Assembly (NCBI GenBank): GCA_963666275.2
Contig: CAXXOA010000001.1
Span: 1,408,001-1,472,000 of the forward strand
Length of the DNA stretch: 64,000 nucleotides
Direction: 5' to 3'
Source: Oceanispirochaeta sp.
GTDB lineage: Bacteria > Spirochaetota > Spirochaetia > DSM-2461
The notes under the pieces are model-generated. The model did not search any database. It worked only from the letters and a program-made list of their open reading frames with translations, and was not told the DNA's origin. This document shows, piece by piece, positions 30,002 through 39,996 of this stretch. A program made the translations under genes and the position numbers. How positions within the stretch are numbered: the stretch's first letter is position 1; the number at the start of each line of letters is the position of its first letter.

Positions 30002-31180
30002 ATGAAAGAGACTAGAAGGATTGACTTTTCCCTTGTGTTATTGTTGCTTATTTTTCTCATTCTCATTGGATTGGGGGTTTTTGTCCTCTTTTCCATGAAA
30101 ATTGATGATTACAAAGAGATGGTCAATGACAACAGACTGATTTCCATTGCTCTTATTATTGAAGAGGACGAGCGGCCTCTGGTGACGGAGCTGTTCTATT
30201 ATCATCCCCAGACCCGGAAAGGCGCCCTTCTGAACCTTCCCGAAAATACAGGTTCCATCATCAGATCTCTCAATCGGGTGGACCGTATTGATGTTGTATA
30301 CGATACAGACCAGCGAAGCGAGTATCTCAGGCAGGTAGCCACTCTTACGGGGATAGAATCGGACTTCCATCTGGTCCTTTCAACGGAGCAGCTCAGAAGA
30401 CTGGTGGATTATCTGGAAGGCGTAGAGATCTTCCTTTCCAATCCTGTGGATCTCGAAACCCCCTCCGGCAGGATCCTTCTTCCTTCGGGCAGTGTTACTC
30501 TGGATGGGGACAAAGCCCTGGAGTACCTTGGGTATCAGGTGGAAGGAGAGTCCGTCAGCGACAGGATCCGCCGGGAACATGAACTTGTCCTCGGAATACT
30601 GAGAAAGATCAATCAGCTCTATTCTCCGGCCTTTGCGGACAATCTGATGACCTATCTCTATCCGGACTTCAAGACGGACATGGATGAAAAATCCTTTCTC
30701 TCCTTTCTTTCGGAACTTTCTTCACTGGAAGTGGACAGAATGGTTTTTCAGGAAGTGCTGGGAACCCGGAGGAGGGTGGATGATCAGATTCTGCTCTTTC
30801 CCCATTACGATGGCAAGCTTCTGAAAGAAACTGTGAAGCAGATGGAGGACTCTCTGTCGGACTTCGATGTTCTGAAGGATGAGCAGCTTGTTGTCTCCCT
30901 TGAGATTCAGAATGGAACGAACAGGAGTGGTCTGGCGGGCAGGACCGCAGAGATTTTCAAGAGTTACGGTTATCAGATAGCTTCGGTAAAGAATGCCGAT
31001 TCAAATAAATACGAATCCACTGTGATCCTTGATAAAAAGGGTGATCCCGCTGCGGTTCAGCGGGTTGCGAATCTTATCAAATGCACAAGGATCCATACAG
31101 AAGTGGATCGCAACAGAGATGAAACGGTAGATATTATAGTTATTTTAGGAAAGGATTTTGATGGAAGATATGTCAAATAA
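30002..31180 (+). CDS. LCP-family protein with LytR C-terminal domain
   Basis: TM helix; LVDYLEGV..LDGDKA; EIQNGT..GLA..IIVILGKD. Confidence 0.82.
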   Translation: MKETRRIDFSLVLLLLIFLILIGLGVFVLFSMKIDDYKEMVNDNRLISIALIIEEDERPLVTELFYYHPQTRKGALLNLPENTGSIIRSLNRVDRIDVVYDTDQRSEYLRQVATLTGIESDFHLVLSTEQLRRLVDYLEGVEIFLSNPVDLETPSGRILLPSGSVTLDGDKALEYLGYQVEGESVSDRIRREHELVLGILRKINQLYSPAFADNLMTYLYPDFKTDMDEKSFLSFLSELSSLEVDRMVFQEVLGTRRRVDDQILLFPHYDGKLLKETVKQMEDSLSDFDVLKDEQLVVSLEIQNGTNRSGLAGRTAEIFKSYGYQIASVKNADSNKYESTVILDKKGDPAAVQRVANLIKCTRIHTEVDRNRDETVDIIVILGKDFDGRYVK

Positions 31181-31532
31181 GAGTGTGTGGCAGGATATTG
31201 TTGATGTAGTGCTGGATGCCAAAGGCGTGGATCCGGTTGTTCTGGATATGAGCCATCAGTGCTCCTGGGGGGATTACATGGTTATTGTGACCGCCGGCAG
31301 CAGAATGCATATGAAGGGTATATACGGTCGAATAACAGAATACCTGAAAGAAAGGGATGATATCGCAATGCATAATCATCCGGAAACAAAGCAGGAGGAC
31401 CGCTGGATTCTGGTTGATATGGGATCAGTGGTCGTTCATATCATGACAAGTGAAGCCAGAGAGTATTACAGTCTGGAAGATGTCTGGTTTGAATCACCGG
31501 TGCTTTTCAGAGAACAGGCACCGGCAGGATAA
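31170..31532 (+). CDS. rsfS: Ribosome silencing factor
   Basis: WILVDMGSVVVHIM..AREYYSLE..W. Confidence 0.9.
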   Translation: MSNKSVWQDIVDVVLDAKGVDPVVLDMSHQCSWGDYMVIVTAGSRMHMKGIYGRITEYLKERDDIAMHNHPETKQEDRWILVDMGSVVVHIMTSEAREYYSLEDVWFESPVLFREQAPAG

Positions 31533-31539
31533 GCAGGTT

Positions 31540-31812
31540 TCAGTCTTCCAGGTCGTCGTAGTCTTCCAACTCGTCGGCGGACTCGTTAACAGGGATTTCC
31601 CTGTCCTGGAAGTCTTCCTGGTCATGGTCGTCTGATAGATCCTCATCATAACTGTCATCAAGTTCTGAATGAGCAATCCCGTCGTCATAATCACTGTCCA
31701 TTGCCTGGTCGAATTCGTCTATATTCTCTTCGAATATATCGTCTTCATCAAAATCAAAATAACAGGACTCGTCTTCGGATAGTGTGTCTATACCGGAATC
31801 GGACTGGTACAT
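31540..31812 (-). CDS. Small hyper-acidic protein (90 aa)
   Basis: GAGGG RBS before ATG 31812; 41 of 90 residues are D/E; fills the gap between rsfS and nadC. Confidence 0.65.
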   Translation of the reverse strand: MYQSDSGIDTLSEDESCYFDFDEDDIFEENIDEFDQAMDSDYDDGIAHSELDDSYDEDLSDDHDQEDFQDREIPVNESADELEDYDDLED

Positions 31813-31917
31813 TAAAATCGTAACCCTCTGAATTTTTTGTAGAAATGGAATAATCGATTCATAGCATTTTTTTCCCTTATTGCCAACCGTCGACGAATAA
31901 TTTAGAATAAATTTATT

Positions 31918-32754
31918 ATGAATGATGCAAATTTTGATCAACTGTTGAAACTGGCATTGAGTGAAGATCTGGGTGATGTGGGCGATGTGACATCCAGAGC
32001 CATTTTTGACGATTCACAGATTGTGACAGCCCTATTGAAAAGTAAAGATTCAGGTGTCCTGGCGGGGCTTCCCTTTTTCAGCCAGGTTTTCAGGAAAGTA
32101 AACAAAGACATTGTCGTAGAGAAAATCAAAGAGGACGGTGATGTTCTCAAGCCGGGAGATCTGGTTGCAAAGGTCACAGGGCCTGTGGCTTCGGTTCTGG
32201 AAGCGGAACGTACAGGTATAAACTTTCTCTCTTTTCTCTCCGGTATCGCCTCTGTTACGGCGGAGCATATAGCCGCTGCCAATGATAACGGCCATGTTGT
32301 TATTCTGGATACAAGAAAAACCCTGCCCGGTTACAGGACTCTCTCCAAGTATGCCGTTACCATGGGAGGCGGCCAGAATCACAGAATGGGCCTGTATGAC
32401 ATGGTTATGATAAAAGACAACCATGCCGATGCGGCCGGCGGAATCACAAAGGCTGTACAGAAAGTCCGCGAAAAGTGGGGCGAACTCTACAAGATTGAAG
32501 TGGAATGCCGAAACATCGAGGAGGTCAAAGAAGCCCTGGACTGCCGGGTTGACGTGATTATGCTTGATAATATGTCTCCGGAAGAGTCAAAGGAAGCCGT
32601 GGCTCTCAGAAGAGGGGATGTGGAGTTTGAAGCTTCGGGAAATATGGATCTTGAAAAAATCCGTAAATACAATACAACCGGTGTGGACTATATATCCATC
32701 GGAAGGTTGACCCATTCTGTGGAGGCTTTTGATTTCTCCCTGGTCATGGAATGA
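31918..32754 (+). CDS. nadC: Quinolinate phosphoribosyltransferase
   Basis: DTRKTLPG, HRMGLYD, IKDNH, IMLDNM, EASG. Confidence 0.95.
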   Translation: MNDANFDQLLKLALSEDLGDVGDVTSRAIFDDSQIVTALLKSKDSGVLAGLPFFSQVFRKVNKDIVVEKIKEDGDVLKPGDLVAKVTGPVASVLEAERTGINFLSFLSGIASVTAEHIAAANDNGHVVILDTRKTLPGYRTLSKYAVTMGGGQNHRMGLYDMVMIKDNHADAAGGITKAVQKVREKWGELYKIEVECRNIEEVKEALDCRVDVIMLDNMSPEESKEAVALRRGDVEFEASGNMDLEKIRKYNTTGVDYISIGRLTHSVEAFDFSLVME

Positions 32755-34349
32755 TTATGGCCGAATTCAGCAATTTTGATGTGATAATCATAGGCACGGG
32801 GCTGGCGGGCCTTTCCTGTGCCATCACGGCGGCTGAGCAGGGCAGGAAGGTCTGTATCTTCAGTAAGTCTGAAAAACTGGAGGAAGCCAATACCTATTAT
32901 GCTCAGGGGGGGATCGTCGGCAAAAGCGCGGAGGATTCCCACCAGCTCTTTTCGGAAGACATATACAGGGCGGGTGACTACCTTAACAGCAATGATGCTG
33001 TGAAGATGATCACTGAGCTGGGGCCTGATCTGGTGGATGAGTTCCTGGTGGACAAAGTCAAAGTGCAGTTCACCAGAAAAGAGGACGGCACTCTGGATCT
33101 GACCAGAGAGGCGGTCCACTCCATCCGGCGGATTTATCATGAAAAGGATAGAACCGGAAAGGCTATTGAAACAGCTCTTCTGGAATACATCCGTAAAACC
33201 GATAATATCCAGATCTTTCCCTTTCATATGGCTATAGACCTTATTTCGAGCTGTCACCACTCCCAGGATCCCCAGTCCAGGTATAAGCAGAACCGGATCA
33301 TAGGGGTATATGTCCTGAACTGTGAGACCAAAGAGGTCAATGCTGTCTTCGGCGGAGCTGTCGTTCTGGCCACAGGCGGAGTCGGGAATCTCTATAAGCA
33401 CTCTTCCAATCCCTCGGTGGCTACCGGCGACGGTCTGGCAATGGCCTATCAGGCGGGAGCTTCCATCATTAATGCTGAATTCGTCCAGTTTCATCCCACA
33501 ACTCTGTTTCACAGGGATGCAGAAAATTTTCTGATATCCGAGGCTGTAAGGGGTGAGGGGGCTATCCTTCTCAACCGCTATAAAGAACCCTTCATGCACC
33601 GCTACAATCCCAGTCTGAAAGACCTGGCCCCGAGGGATGAAGTAGCCCGGTCTATCTATATTGAGATGGAGAGGTGCGGTTTTTCCCATGTCTATCTGGA
33701 TACCCCTTCCATGAAAGTGGATATCCCCTCAACTTTCCCGGGGATCTATGAACAGTGCCTCAAGGTGGATATTGATATTACAAAAGAGCCGGTACCGGTT
33801 GTGCCGGCGGCCCATTACTTCTGCGGGGGCATCAAAGTCGATATGAACGGGCAGTCCTCTGTTCCGGGGCTTTTCGCCATCGGCGAGACAGCCTGTACCG
33901 GCGTGCACGGAGCGAACAGGCTGGCATCGGTGTCCCTTCTGGAAGCACTGGTCTGCGGTGTTAAAACCGGTAAGTTTGTGTCTGATCATGCAAAAAAACC
34001 GAGTCTTGAACTCAGGCGCTCCATCCCGGACTGGATCTACCCGGTTGATGAAGACAAGATAGACCCAATCCTTATCAAAAGCGACATAAACTCCATTAAA
34101 AGTCTTATGTGGAACTATGTGGGGATTATCCGATCCAGAAAACGCCTCTCCCGGGCGTTGAGCGATCTCAATTACCACTCCCACAGGATCGACAGGTTCT
34201 ACAGGGAAGCCGGTATTACAAGGGATCTGGTTGAGCTCAGGAATTCTGTCCTTGCCGCTACGGTGATAACAAGGGCTGCCTATAACAACAGGAAATCCCA
34301 GGGATGCCACTATATTGCCTCAAGAGACAGCAGCAGTGGAAAAAGTTGA
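32751..34349 (+). CDS. nadB: L-aspartate oxidase
   Basis: GTGLAG, YAQGGI, QFHPT, ISEAVRGEG, LAPRD, HGANRLASVSLLE. Confidence 0.93.
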   Translation: MIMAEFSNFDVIIIGTGLAGLSCAITAAEQGRKVCIFSKSEKLEEANTYYAQGGIVGKSAEDSHQLFSEDIYRAGDYLNSNDAVKMITELGPDLVDEFLVDKVKVQFTRKEDGTLDLTREAVHSIRRIYHEKDRTGKAIETALLEYIRKTDNIQIFPFHMAIDLISSCHHSQDPQSRYKQNRIIGVYVLNCETKEVNAVFGGAVVLATGGVGNLYKHSSNPSVATGDGLAMAYQAGASIINAEFVQFHPTTLFHRDAENFLISEAVRGEGAILLNRYKEPFMHRYNPSLKDLAPRDEVARSIYIEMERCGFSHVYLDTPSMKVDIPSTFPGIYEQCLKVDIDITKEPVPVVPAAHYFCGGIKVDMNGQSSVPGLFAIGETACTGVHGANRLASVSLLEALVCGVKTGKFVSDHAKKPSLELRRSIPDWIYPVDEDKIDPILIKSDINSIKSLMWNYVGIIRSRKRLSRALSDLNYHSHRIDRFYREAGITRDLVELRNSVLAATVITRAAYNNRKSQGCHYIASRDSSSGKS

Positions 34350-35226
34350 AATTCTCTCACCGGCCAAGCTGAACTTTCATCTGTACGTGGGGGAGACCCG
34401 CTCGGACGGATTTCATGAGATACTCTCTCTCTTTCAGGCGGTTGATCTCTATGACAGAATAGAGGGGCATCTGCTTGAGGAAAAAGATGTCTGTACCATA
34501 GAGGGAGACTTCCCCTGCAAGACGGAAGAAAACCTGATCTTTAAGGCCTTTCAGCTCTTCCGGAAAAAAACAGGAAAAGACGATGGCGTGGCATTCCGGG
34601 TGGATAAAAAGATCCCATCCGAAGCCGGGCTGGGGGGAGGATCCTCTAATGCGGCTTCGGCACTGAAGGTTCTTGAACGTCTTCATAGACTGGAAATCCC
34701 ACGGAAAGATATGCTGGAAATGGCGGAAGCGCTGGGCAGTGATGTTCCCTTTTTCTTCTATGGGGCCTCTGCCGCGGTCAGTGGAAGGGGTGAAATTGTA
34801 GAGCCTCTGGAGGCTCGTGAGGCCTTCTCTATGGTGCTTGTCAAGCCTGAAAGTCTGAGCATTTCCACAGCCGAGGCCTATAGGCTTGTTGATCAGTGGC
34901 AGGAGTCTGTTTCCAGAAAGCAACCGTATATATCAAAAGAAGATATGGTTGAGCAGTTCCTCTATTCCGCCCCGTCGGAATGGTCCTACTATAACACCTT
35001 TTTTGAAACTTTTAAAAATCAATATAAACCCCTTGAGTTTATTTCTAATCTTCTTTATGATTCAGGAGCTGTATTCACCGGGCTGTCCGGAAGCGGCAGC
35101 GCCCTGTTCGGAATCTTCCAGAAAGAGGAGAATTCGGAGGAAGCGCAGCTGAAGCTGTCAGAGTACTTTCCCTTTGTGGAAAGAATTATTTCTATTAATA
35201 GCATTCCGCCTGCTTATGTTATATAA
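34336..35226 (+). CDS. ispE: 4-diphosphocytidyl-2C-methyl-D-erythritol kinase
   Basis: PAKLN..L, DGFHE, IPSEAGLGGGSSNAA, LGSDVPFF, SGSGS; start uncertain (34315 or 34336). Confidence 0.93.
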   Translation: MEKVEILSPAKLNFHLYVGETRSDGFHEILSLFQAVDLYDRIEGHLLEEKDVCTIEGDFPCKTEENLIFKAFQLFRKKTGKDDGVAFRVDKKIPSEAGLGGGSSNAASALKVLERLHRLEIPRKDMLEMAEALGSDVPFFFYGASAAVSGRGEIVEPLEAREAFSMVLVKPESLSISTAEAYRLVDQWQESVSRKQPYISKEDMVEQFLYSAPSEWSYYNTFFETFKNQYKPLEFISNLLYDSGAVFTGLSGSGSALFGIFQKEENSEEAQLKLSEYFPFVERIISINSIPPAYVI

Positions 35227-35263
35227 TAAATTTAACATTGCGCATAAGCGGTAGGAGGAGCTA

Positions 35264-35548
35264 ATGGAAATTACTGACATCCGCATTCGGAAAGTTAATG
35301 CAGACGGTAAACTGAAGGCCTATGTAACGGTTACTTTTGATGAATCCTTTGTTGTTCATAATGTGAAAATTATTGAAGGAGACAGTGGGGTTTTCATTGC
35401 TATGCCAAGCAGGAAGACGAAGAACGGTGTGTACAAGGATGTGGCTCATCCTATCAATACGGAATTCCGGACGGTTCTACAGGACCGCATCCTGGAAGAA
35501 TATAATAATTTAGGCCCTGATGCGGAAGTTGCCGATGCAATGGGCTGA
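35264..35548 (+). CDS. spoVG: SpoVG nucleic-acid-binding regulator
   Basis: MEITDIRIR, FIAMPSRK, DVAHPIN. Confidence 0.96.
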   Translation: MEITDIRIRKVNADGKLKAYVTVTFDESFVVHNVKIIEGDSGVFIAMPSRKTKNGVYKDVAHPINTEFRTVLQDRILEEYNNLGPDAEVADAMG

Positions 35549-35573
35549 TAATGAAACATTAGATAGAAAAAAT

Positions 35574-35645
35574 TTGGACGTCGGCAAGCGGTAAGCCACC
35601 GGGTTTTGATCCCGGCATTCGCAGGTTCGAATCCTGCCGTCCAAG
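35574..35645 (+). tRNA. tRNA-Gln (TTG)
   Basis: Acceptor TTGGACG/CGTCCAA; anticodon arm CCGGG-TTTTGAT-CCCGG. Confidence 0.93.
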
Positions 35646-35678
35646 CTACTTTTTTTGTCATTGCAAGGAGATTTTAAA

Positions 35679-36275
35679 ATGGAGCAGAAAACCCTCTCTG
35701 TTGTTGAGCGGAAGGAATTCAAAAAGGGACCTGCCAAACAATTAAGAAAAGAGGGGAAAATCCCCGCGGTGATTTACGGGCACACAGACCCTGTTCATAT
35801 TTCGGTTGACGCCAGAGAATTTGGAAGAAAATTCAAAGTCGTTACTGAAAACACCATTATTTCTCTTGATATGGATGGTAAGAGTGTAGAGGTTCTGGTT
35901 AAGGATCTTCAGGAAGATATTGTAACTGAAACCGTAGAGCACATCGATTTTTATGAAATCGAAAAGGGAAAAGCCCTGAAAACTCACGTTCCTATTCATC
36001 TGAAAGGAAACTCTGTGGGTGTGAAAGAAGGCGGACTTCTGGAACAGATTATCGATCAGCTCGAAGTGGAATGTCTTCCTAAGGACCTTCCCGAAGAGAT
36101 TTCAATTGATATTTCCGGACTGCAGATGGGAGAATCCATCCATGTGAAGGATCTGGCCCTTTCTGAAGGTGTAAAAGCCCTGGTTGCAGAAGACAGAACA
36201 GTTGTTGTTGTAACAGCACCTAAAACTGAAACTACTGCTGACGCTGAAGGCGAAGAAGAAGCTGCAGAGGAATAA
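35679..36275 (+). CDS. rplY: 50S ribosomal protein L25/Ctc
   Basis: LRKEGKIPAVIYG, HIDFY, ECLP..LPE. Confidence 0.95.
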   Translation: MEQKTLSVVERKEFKKGPAKQLRKEGKIPAVIYGHTDPVHISVDAREFGRKFKVVTENTIISLDMDGKSVEVLVKDLQEDIVTETVEHIDFYEIEKGKALKTHVPIHLKGNSVGVKEGGLLEQIIDQLEVECLPKDLPEEISIDISGLQMGESIHVKDLALSEGVKALVAEDRTVVVVTAPKTETTADAEGEEEAAEE

Positions 36276-36277
36276 TT

Positions 36278-36856
36278 CTGAATATTCTTATTGCCGGTCT
36301 GGGGAATCCCGGAACGAAATATATAAAAACCCGGCATAATGTCGGGTTTTATATGTTGGAGCTGCTCGCTGAGCAGCTCTCTTTGTCTCTGAAGAAGCCC
36401 CTGTTCAGAAACTATCATACGGCGCATCATAAAAGCGGGTCGTCCAGCACTGTTCATCTTGTAAAGCCTCTGACCTACATGAACCGGTCGGGCGAAATCC
36501 TTCCGGCGCTTATGAAAAAGTCCCGAACAGAGATGTCCGGTCTGATTGTCATTACTGACAACATGGACCTCCCTCCTGGGAAAATCCGCATGAAATTCGG
36601 TGGATCTTCGGCTGGTCACAACGGATTGAAATCCATTATGGCCCATACGGATTCTTCCGATTTCTACAGACTGTATATCGGAGTGGGAAGGCCTGAAAAA
36701 GGTCATTCCGTAGTCGACCATGTCCTGGGAGATTTCTCGCAGGATCACAGAGCTCTTATGGAAGAAGCCGTCAGAAAAGCGACTTCTGCATTTCTGACAT
36801 TGGGAGAGGCATCTCCCGGGCAGGTAATGAATGTCATCAATTCAGGAAAAAGTTGA
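36278..36856 (+). CDS. pth: Peptidyl-tRNA hydrolase (non-canonical start)
   Basis: In-frame LIAGLGNPG..TRHNVGF upstream of the ORF-track start; KPLTYMNRSG, GHNGLKS; no ATG/GTG/TTG before the conserved N-terminus. Confidence 0.88.
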   Translation: MNILIAGLGNPGTKYIKTRHNVGFYMLELLAEQLSLSLKKPLFRNYHTAHHKSGSSSTVHLVKPLTYMNRSGEILPALMKKSRTEMSGLIVITDNMDLPPGKIRMKFGGSSAGHNGLKSIMAHTDSSDFYRLYIGVGRPEKGHSVVDHVLGDFSQDHRALMEEAVRKATSAFLTLGEASPGQVMNVINSGKS

Positions 36857-38135
36857 AAGCGCCTTTCTACAGACCCTGAATAACCTCCCTCCTTTAAAGA
36901 AACTTCATCTGATCTGCGCCTATTCGGGGGGGCCCGATTCCTCTGTCCTCCTCTTTCTTCTGAAAAAATTTCAGAAGCTGTATTCCTACGGTTTGACAGC
37001 CGCCTATGTAAATCATAATATCCGCTCTGAAAAAGAGATGTCTCAGGAAATGCATCAGGTCCGTTGCTTTGTAGAGGAGCATCAGATTGATTTTCAGGTC
37101 AAAACATATGCTCCCGGTTTTATAGAATGGTATGCCCGGAAAAAGGGACTGGGGATTGAAGCTGCCGCCAGACAGTGCCGCTACCACTTTTTCAGCTCTC
37201 TTTCAAAGAAGTATTCCCATTCCCTTCTGGTTTTGGGGCACAACGGGAATGATCAGACTGAAACCCTGCTCATGCGCCTTTTTCAGGGGGCCGGCCCGGA
37301 GGGGCTGAAAGGAATACGTCAGATTGAAGGGCAGCTGCTGCGGCCCCTGCTTGCTGTTTCCCGATCTGATATTCTCTCCTATGCTGAGAATCAGAAAATC
37401 CTCTACTGGAATGATTCAACCAACAGCGGGGGAGACTACAGGAGAAACAGAATAAGGCAGGAACTTGTTCCTGTCCTGGATTCCATATTTCCTGATTTTA
37501 GAAAAGCCTTTTACGGTCACATTGAAGACTATACTGCTCTGGGGGATTTTGCCTCTTTCTCTCTCTCCTGGAAAACCCATCCCGAAGGCTGGACCATTCC
37601 CCGGAAAGATTTCTCAACTTTACCCTTTTCAGCCAGAAAAAAGCTTGTCCTGGAAAAAATCAACCTTCTCAATAAGGGCAGGCTCCCCCGGGATTTCCGG
37701 ATTCCCGGAGGGTTTTTCAATCCTCTGGAAGACCTGGAATCCGATAGGATCCTTCTGAAGGGATATGGAATCTCTGTGAAGATACAGGGGGAGGATCTGA
37801 TCCTCTCCTCACATGACAGGAAGAAAAACTGCGGTCTTTTTCATCTTCTGGATCAGAAAAATCCCTATGATTCGGAAGCTCTTTCTCTTGCCCTTTCAGA
37901 TCCATCGGAAGGGAAATCCGGATATAAATATAATCCGGAAAGATATTTACTCGTCAGAGAAATGGAAAGGGGAGGGGGAGGACTTTACGATGGCCATCAA
38001 TGTCTGCTGAAATGGAATTCCGAGGGCACAATTATTTACAGGTCCCAAGTATTCAAGAAAAAACTGGAAAATAGGGCATATGAGGGACTAGATTGTATTA
38101 TAATTGAATTAGAGGTAAAAGATGCCCTTGGATGA
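36831..38135 (+). CDS. tilS: tRNA(Ile)-lysidine synthase
   Basis: SGGPDS, NHNIR, EAAAR..RY, DQTET.LMRL, RNRIR. Confidence 0.9.
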   Translation: MSSIQEKVESAFLQTLNNLPPLKKLHLICAYSGGPDSSVLLFLLKKFQKLYSYGLTAAYVNHNIRSEKEMSQEMHQVRCFVEEHQIDFQVKTYAPGFIEWYARKKGLGIEAAARQCRYHFFSSLSKKYSHSLLVLGHNGNDQTETLLMRLFQGAGPEGLKGIRQIEGQLLRPLLAVSRSDILSYAENQKILYWNDSTNSGGDYRRNRIRQELVPVLDSIFPDFRKAFYGHIEDYTALGDFASFSLSWKTHPEGWTIPRKDFSTLPFSARKKLVLEKINLLNKGRLPRDFRIPGGFFNPLEDLESDRILLKGYGISVKIQGEDLILSSHDRKKNCGLFHLLDQKNPYDSEALSLALSDPSEGKSGYKYNPERYLLVREMERGGGGLYDGHQCLLKWNSEGTIIYRSQVFKKKLENRAYEGLDCIIIELEVKDALG

Positions 38136-39990
38136 TAATAACAACAACGGTAACGACAATTTCAATTTTAACAACAACAAAACAGCTCTCATGTTCCTGG
38201 GACTCCTTGTCATGTTTTTCATGATTTTCTTCTCCATGTCCAATGAAGGCACCATGAATGAGATTCCCTATTCGGTCTTTCTCCAGTATGTGGAAAAAGG
38301 CCGAGTCTATGATATCCAGATCCTGGATCAGAGGGAGATACAGGGGCGTTTTGTCGATCAGAATGAGACTGACCGGGGAGGCGGTTACTTCTCGACGACC
38401 ATCCCCTACTATGATGACAATTTAATGAATATGCTCATAGAAAACGGTGTCAGCGTGGAAGGAGGGGAGGAAACTCTGTCCATAGGCATGGTTCTTCTCC
38501 AGCTTCTTCCATGGGGGCTGAGTTTTCTTTTTATCTGGTGGATGTTCCGCAGTGTTCAGGGGGGCGGCAATAAAGCGTTCAGTTTCGGCAAGAGCAAGGC
38601 CCGCCGTTACGATCAGACCATGGACAAGATCCTTTTTTCCGATGTGGCCGGTCAGGAAGAATCCAAATATGAACTTATGGAAGTTGTTGAGTTCCTCAAA
38701 GATCCTGATAAATTTACAAAAATCGGCGCCAAGATCCCCAAAGGGGTTCTTCTGGTTGGAAATCCCGGTACGGGAAAGACCCTGCTGGCCAGAGCCGTCG
38801 CCGGTGAAGCGGGGGTCCCGTTTTTTCATATGTCCGGTTCTGACTTTGTTGAGATGTTTGTGGGGGTCGGGGCAAGCCGTGTCAGGGATCTCTTTGAACA
38901 GGGAAGAAAAAATGCCCCCTGTATCCTTTTCATAGATGAAATCGATGCGGTGGGAAGAACCAGGGGCGCCGGATACGGAGGCGGTCATGACGAGAGGGAA
39001 CAGACCCTCAATCAGCTTCTTGTGGAGATGGACGGATTTGATACCAAATCGGCTGTAATTATCATAGCCGCTACAAACCGTCCGGATGTTCTGGATCCGG
39101 CTCTTATGAGGCCTGGACGGTTTGATCGTCAGGTGGTAGTGGATATGCCGGATATCAGGGAAAGAGAAGCCATTATCGCTATTCATGCCCGCAAGGTTCA
39201 TCTGGCCTCTTCTGTGAATCTTTCCATTATCGCCAGGGCAACCCCGGGCAGTTCCGGTGCGGATCTGGCCAATATTGTGAATGAAGCGGCTCTTTTTGCC
39301 GCAAGAAGAGGGTCCGAAGTGGTGGAGCTGGAGGACTTCGAAGAAGCCCGGGATAAAGTTATGATGGGTGTAGCCAAAAAATCCCGTGTCCTTAGTATTC
39401 ATGAACGGGAGATGACAGCCTATCATGAAGCGGGACATGCTCTCCTGCATTACCATCTCAAGAATGCGGACCCTGTCCATAAAGTCACCATTATTCCCCG
39501 GGGGATGGCTCTGGGGGTGACCTTCTCTCTGCCTGAAGAGGATCATTATGCCAGAAGCAGCGGATGGCTGATGGACAGGATCGTGATCTCCTACGGGGGC
39601 TATGTGGCGGAGCAGCTCATCTATAATGAAACAACCACCGGGGCCAAAAATGATATAGAGCAGGCTACGGGAATGGCCAGGAAAATGGTCTGTGAATGGG
39701 GTATGAGCCATTCCATCGGGCCTATTGCCCTGGGCAGTGATGATGAACCTATTTTCATCGGCAAGGAAATTGCCCAGCATAAAGATTATTCGGATCAGAC
39801 GGCATATATGATTGACAATGAGGTCAGACGCATATTAAATGAAGGATTAGAGACAGCGAGGAAAATCCTGACAGACAATCGGGGACAGCTGGAAGCTATT
39901 ACAGAAGCCCTTCTGAAGAAGGAAACTCTGGATGACCGGGAGATCCGGCAGCTTCTGGGACCTCAGTTTCAAATTAGCGAAGACAAGTAA
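38122..39990 (+). CDS. ftsH: ATP-dependent zinc metalloprotease FtsH
   Basis: Two TM helices, [26 protein letters not shown]. Confidence 0.96.
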   Translation: MPLDDNNNNGNDNFNFNNNKTALMFLGLLVMFFMIFFSMSNEGTMNEIPYSVFLQYVEKGRVYDIQILDQREIQGRFVDQNETDRGGGYFSTTIPYYDDNLMNMLIENGVSVEGGEETLSIGMVLLQLLPWGLSFLFIWWMFRSVQGGGNKAFSFGKSKARRYDQTMDKILFSDVAGQEESKYELMEVVEFLKDPDKFTKIGAKIPKGVLLVGNPGTGKTLLARAVAGEAGVPFFHMSGSDFVEMFVGVGASRVRDLFEQGRKNAPCILFIDEIDAVGRTRGAGYGGGHDEREQTLNQLLVEMDGFDTKSAVIIIAATNRPDVLDPALMRPGRFDRQVVVDMPDIREREAIIAIHARKVHLASSVNLSIIARATPGSSGADLANIVNEAALFAARRGSEVVELEDFEEARDKVMMGVAKKSRVLSIHEREMTAYHEAGHALLHYHLKNADPVHKVTIIPRGMALGVTFSLPEEDHYARSSGWLMDRIVISYGGYVAEQLIYNETTTGAKNDIEQATGMARKMVCEWGMSHSIGPIALGSDDEPIFIGKEIAQHKDYSDQTAYMIDNEVRRILNEGLETARKILTDNRGQLEAITEALLKKETLDDREIRQLLGPQFQISEDK

Positions 39991-39996
39991 CAACTA

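Noticed and set aside
31863..31885. TGGCA...TGC on the minus strand as a sigma-54 promoter for the acidic protein
   Set aside because: GG-GC spacing is 17 nt, not 10
38137..38182. AAC-rich Asn run at the FtsH N-terminus
   Set aside because: Short, imperfect, in-frame low-complexity stretch; no sign of phase variation
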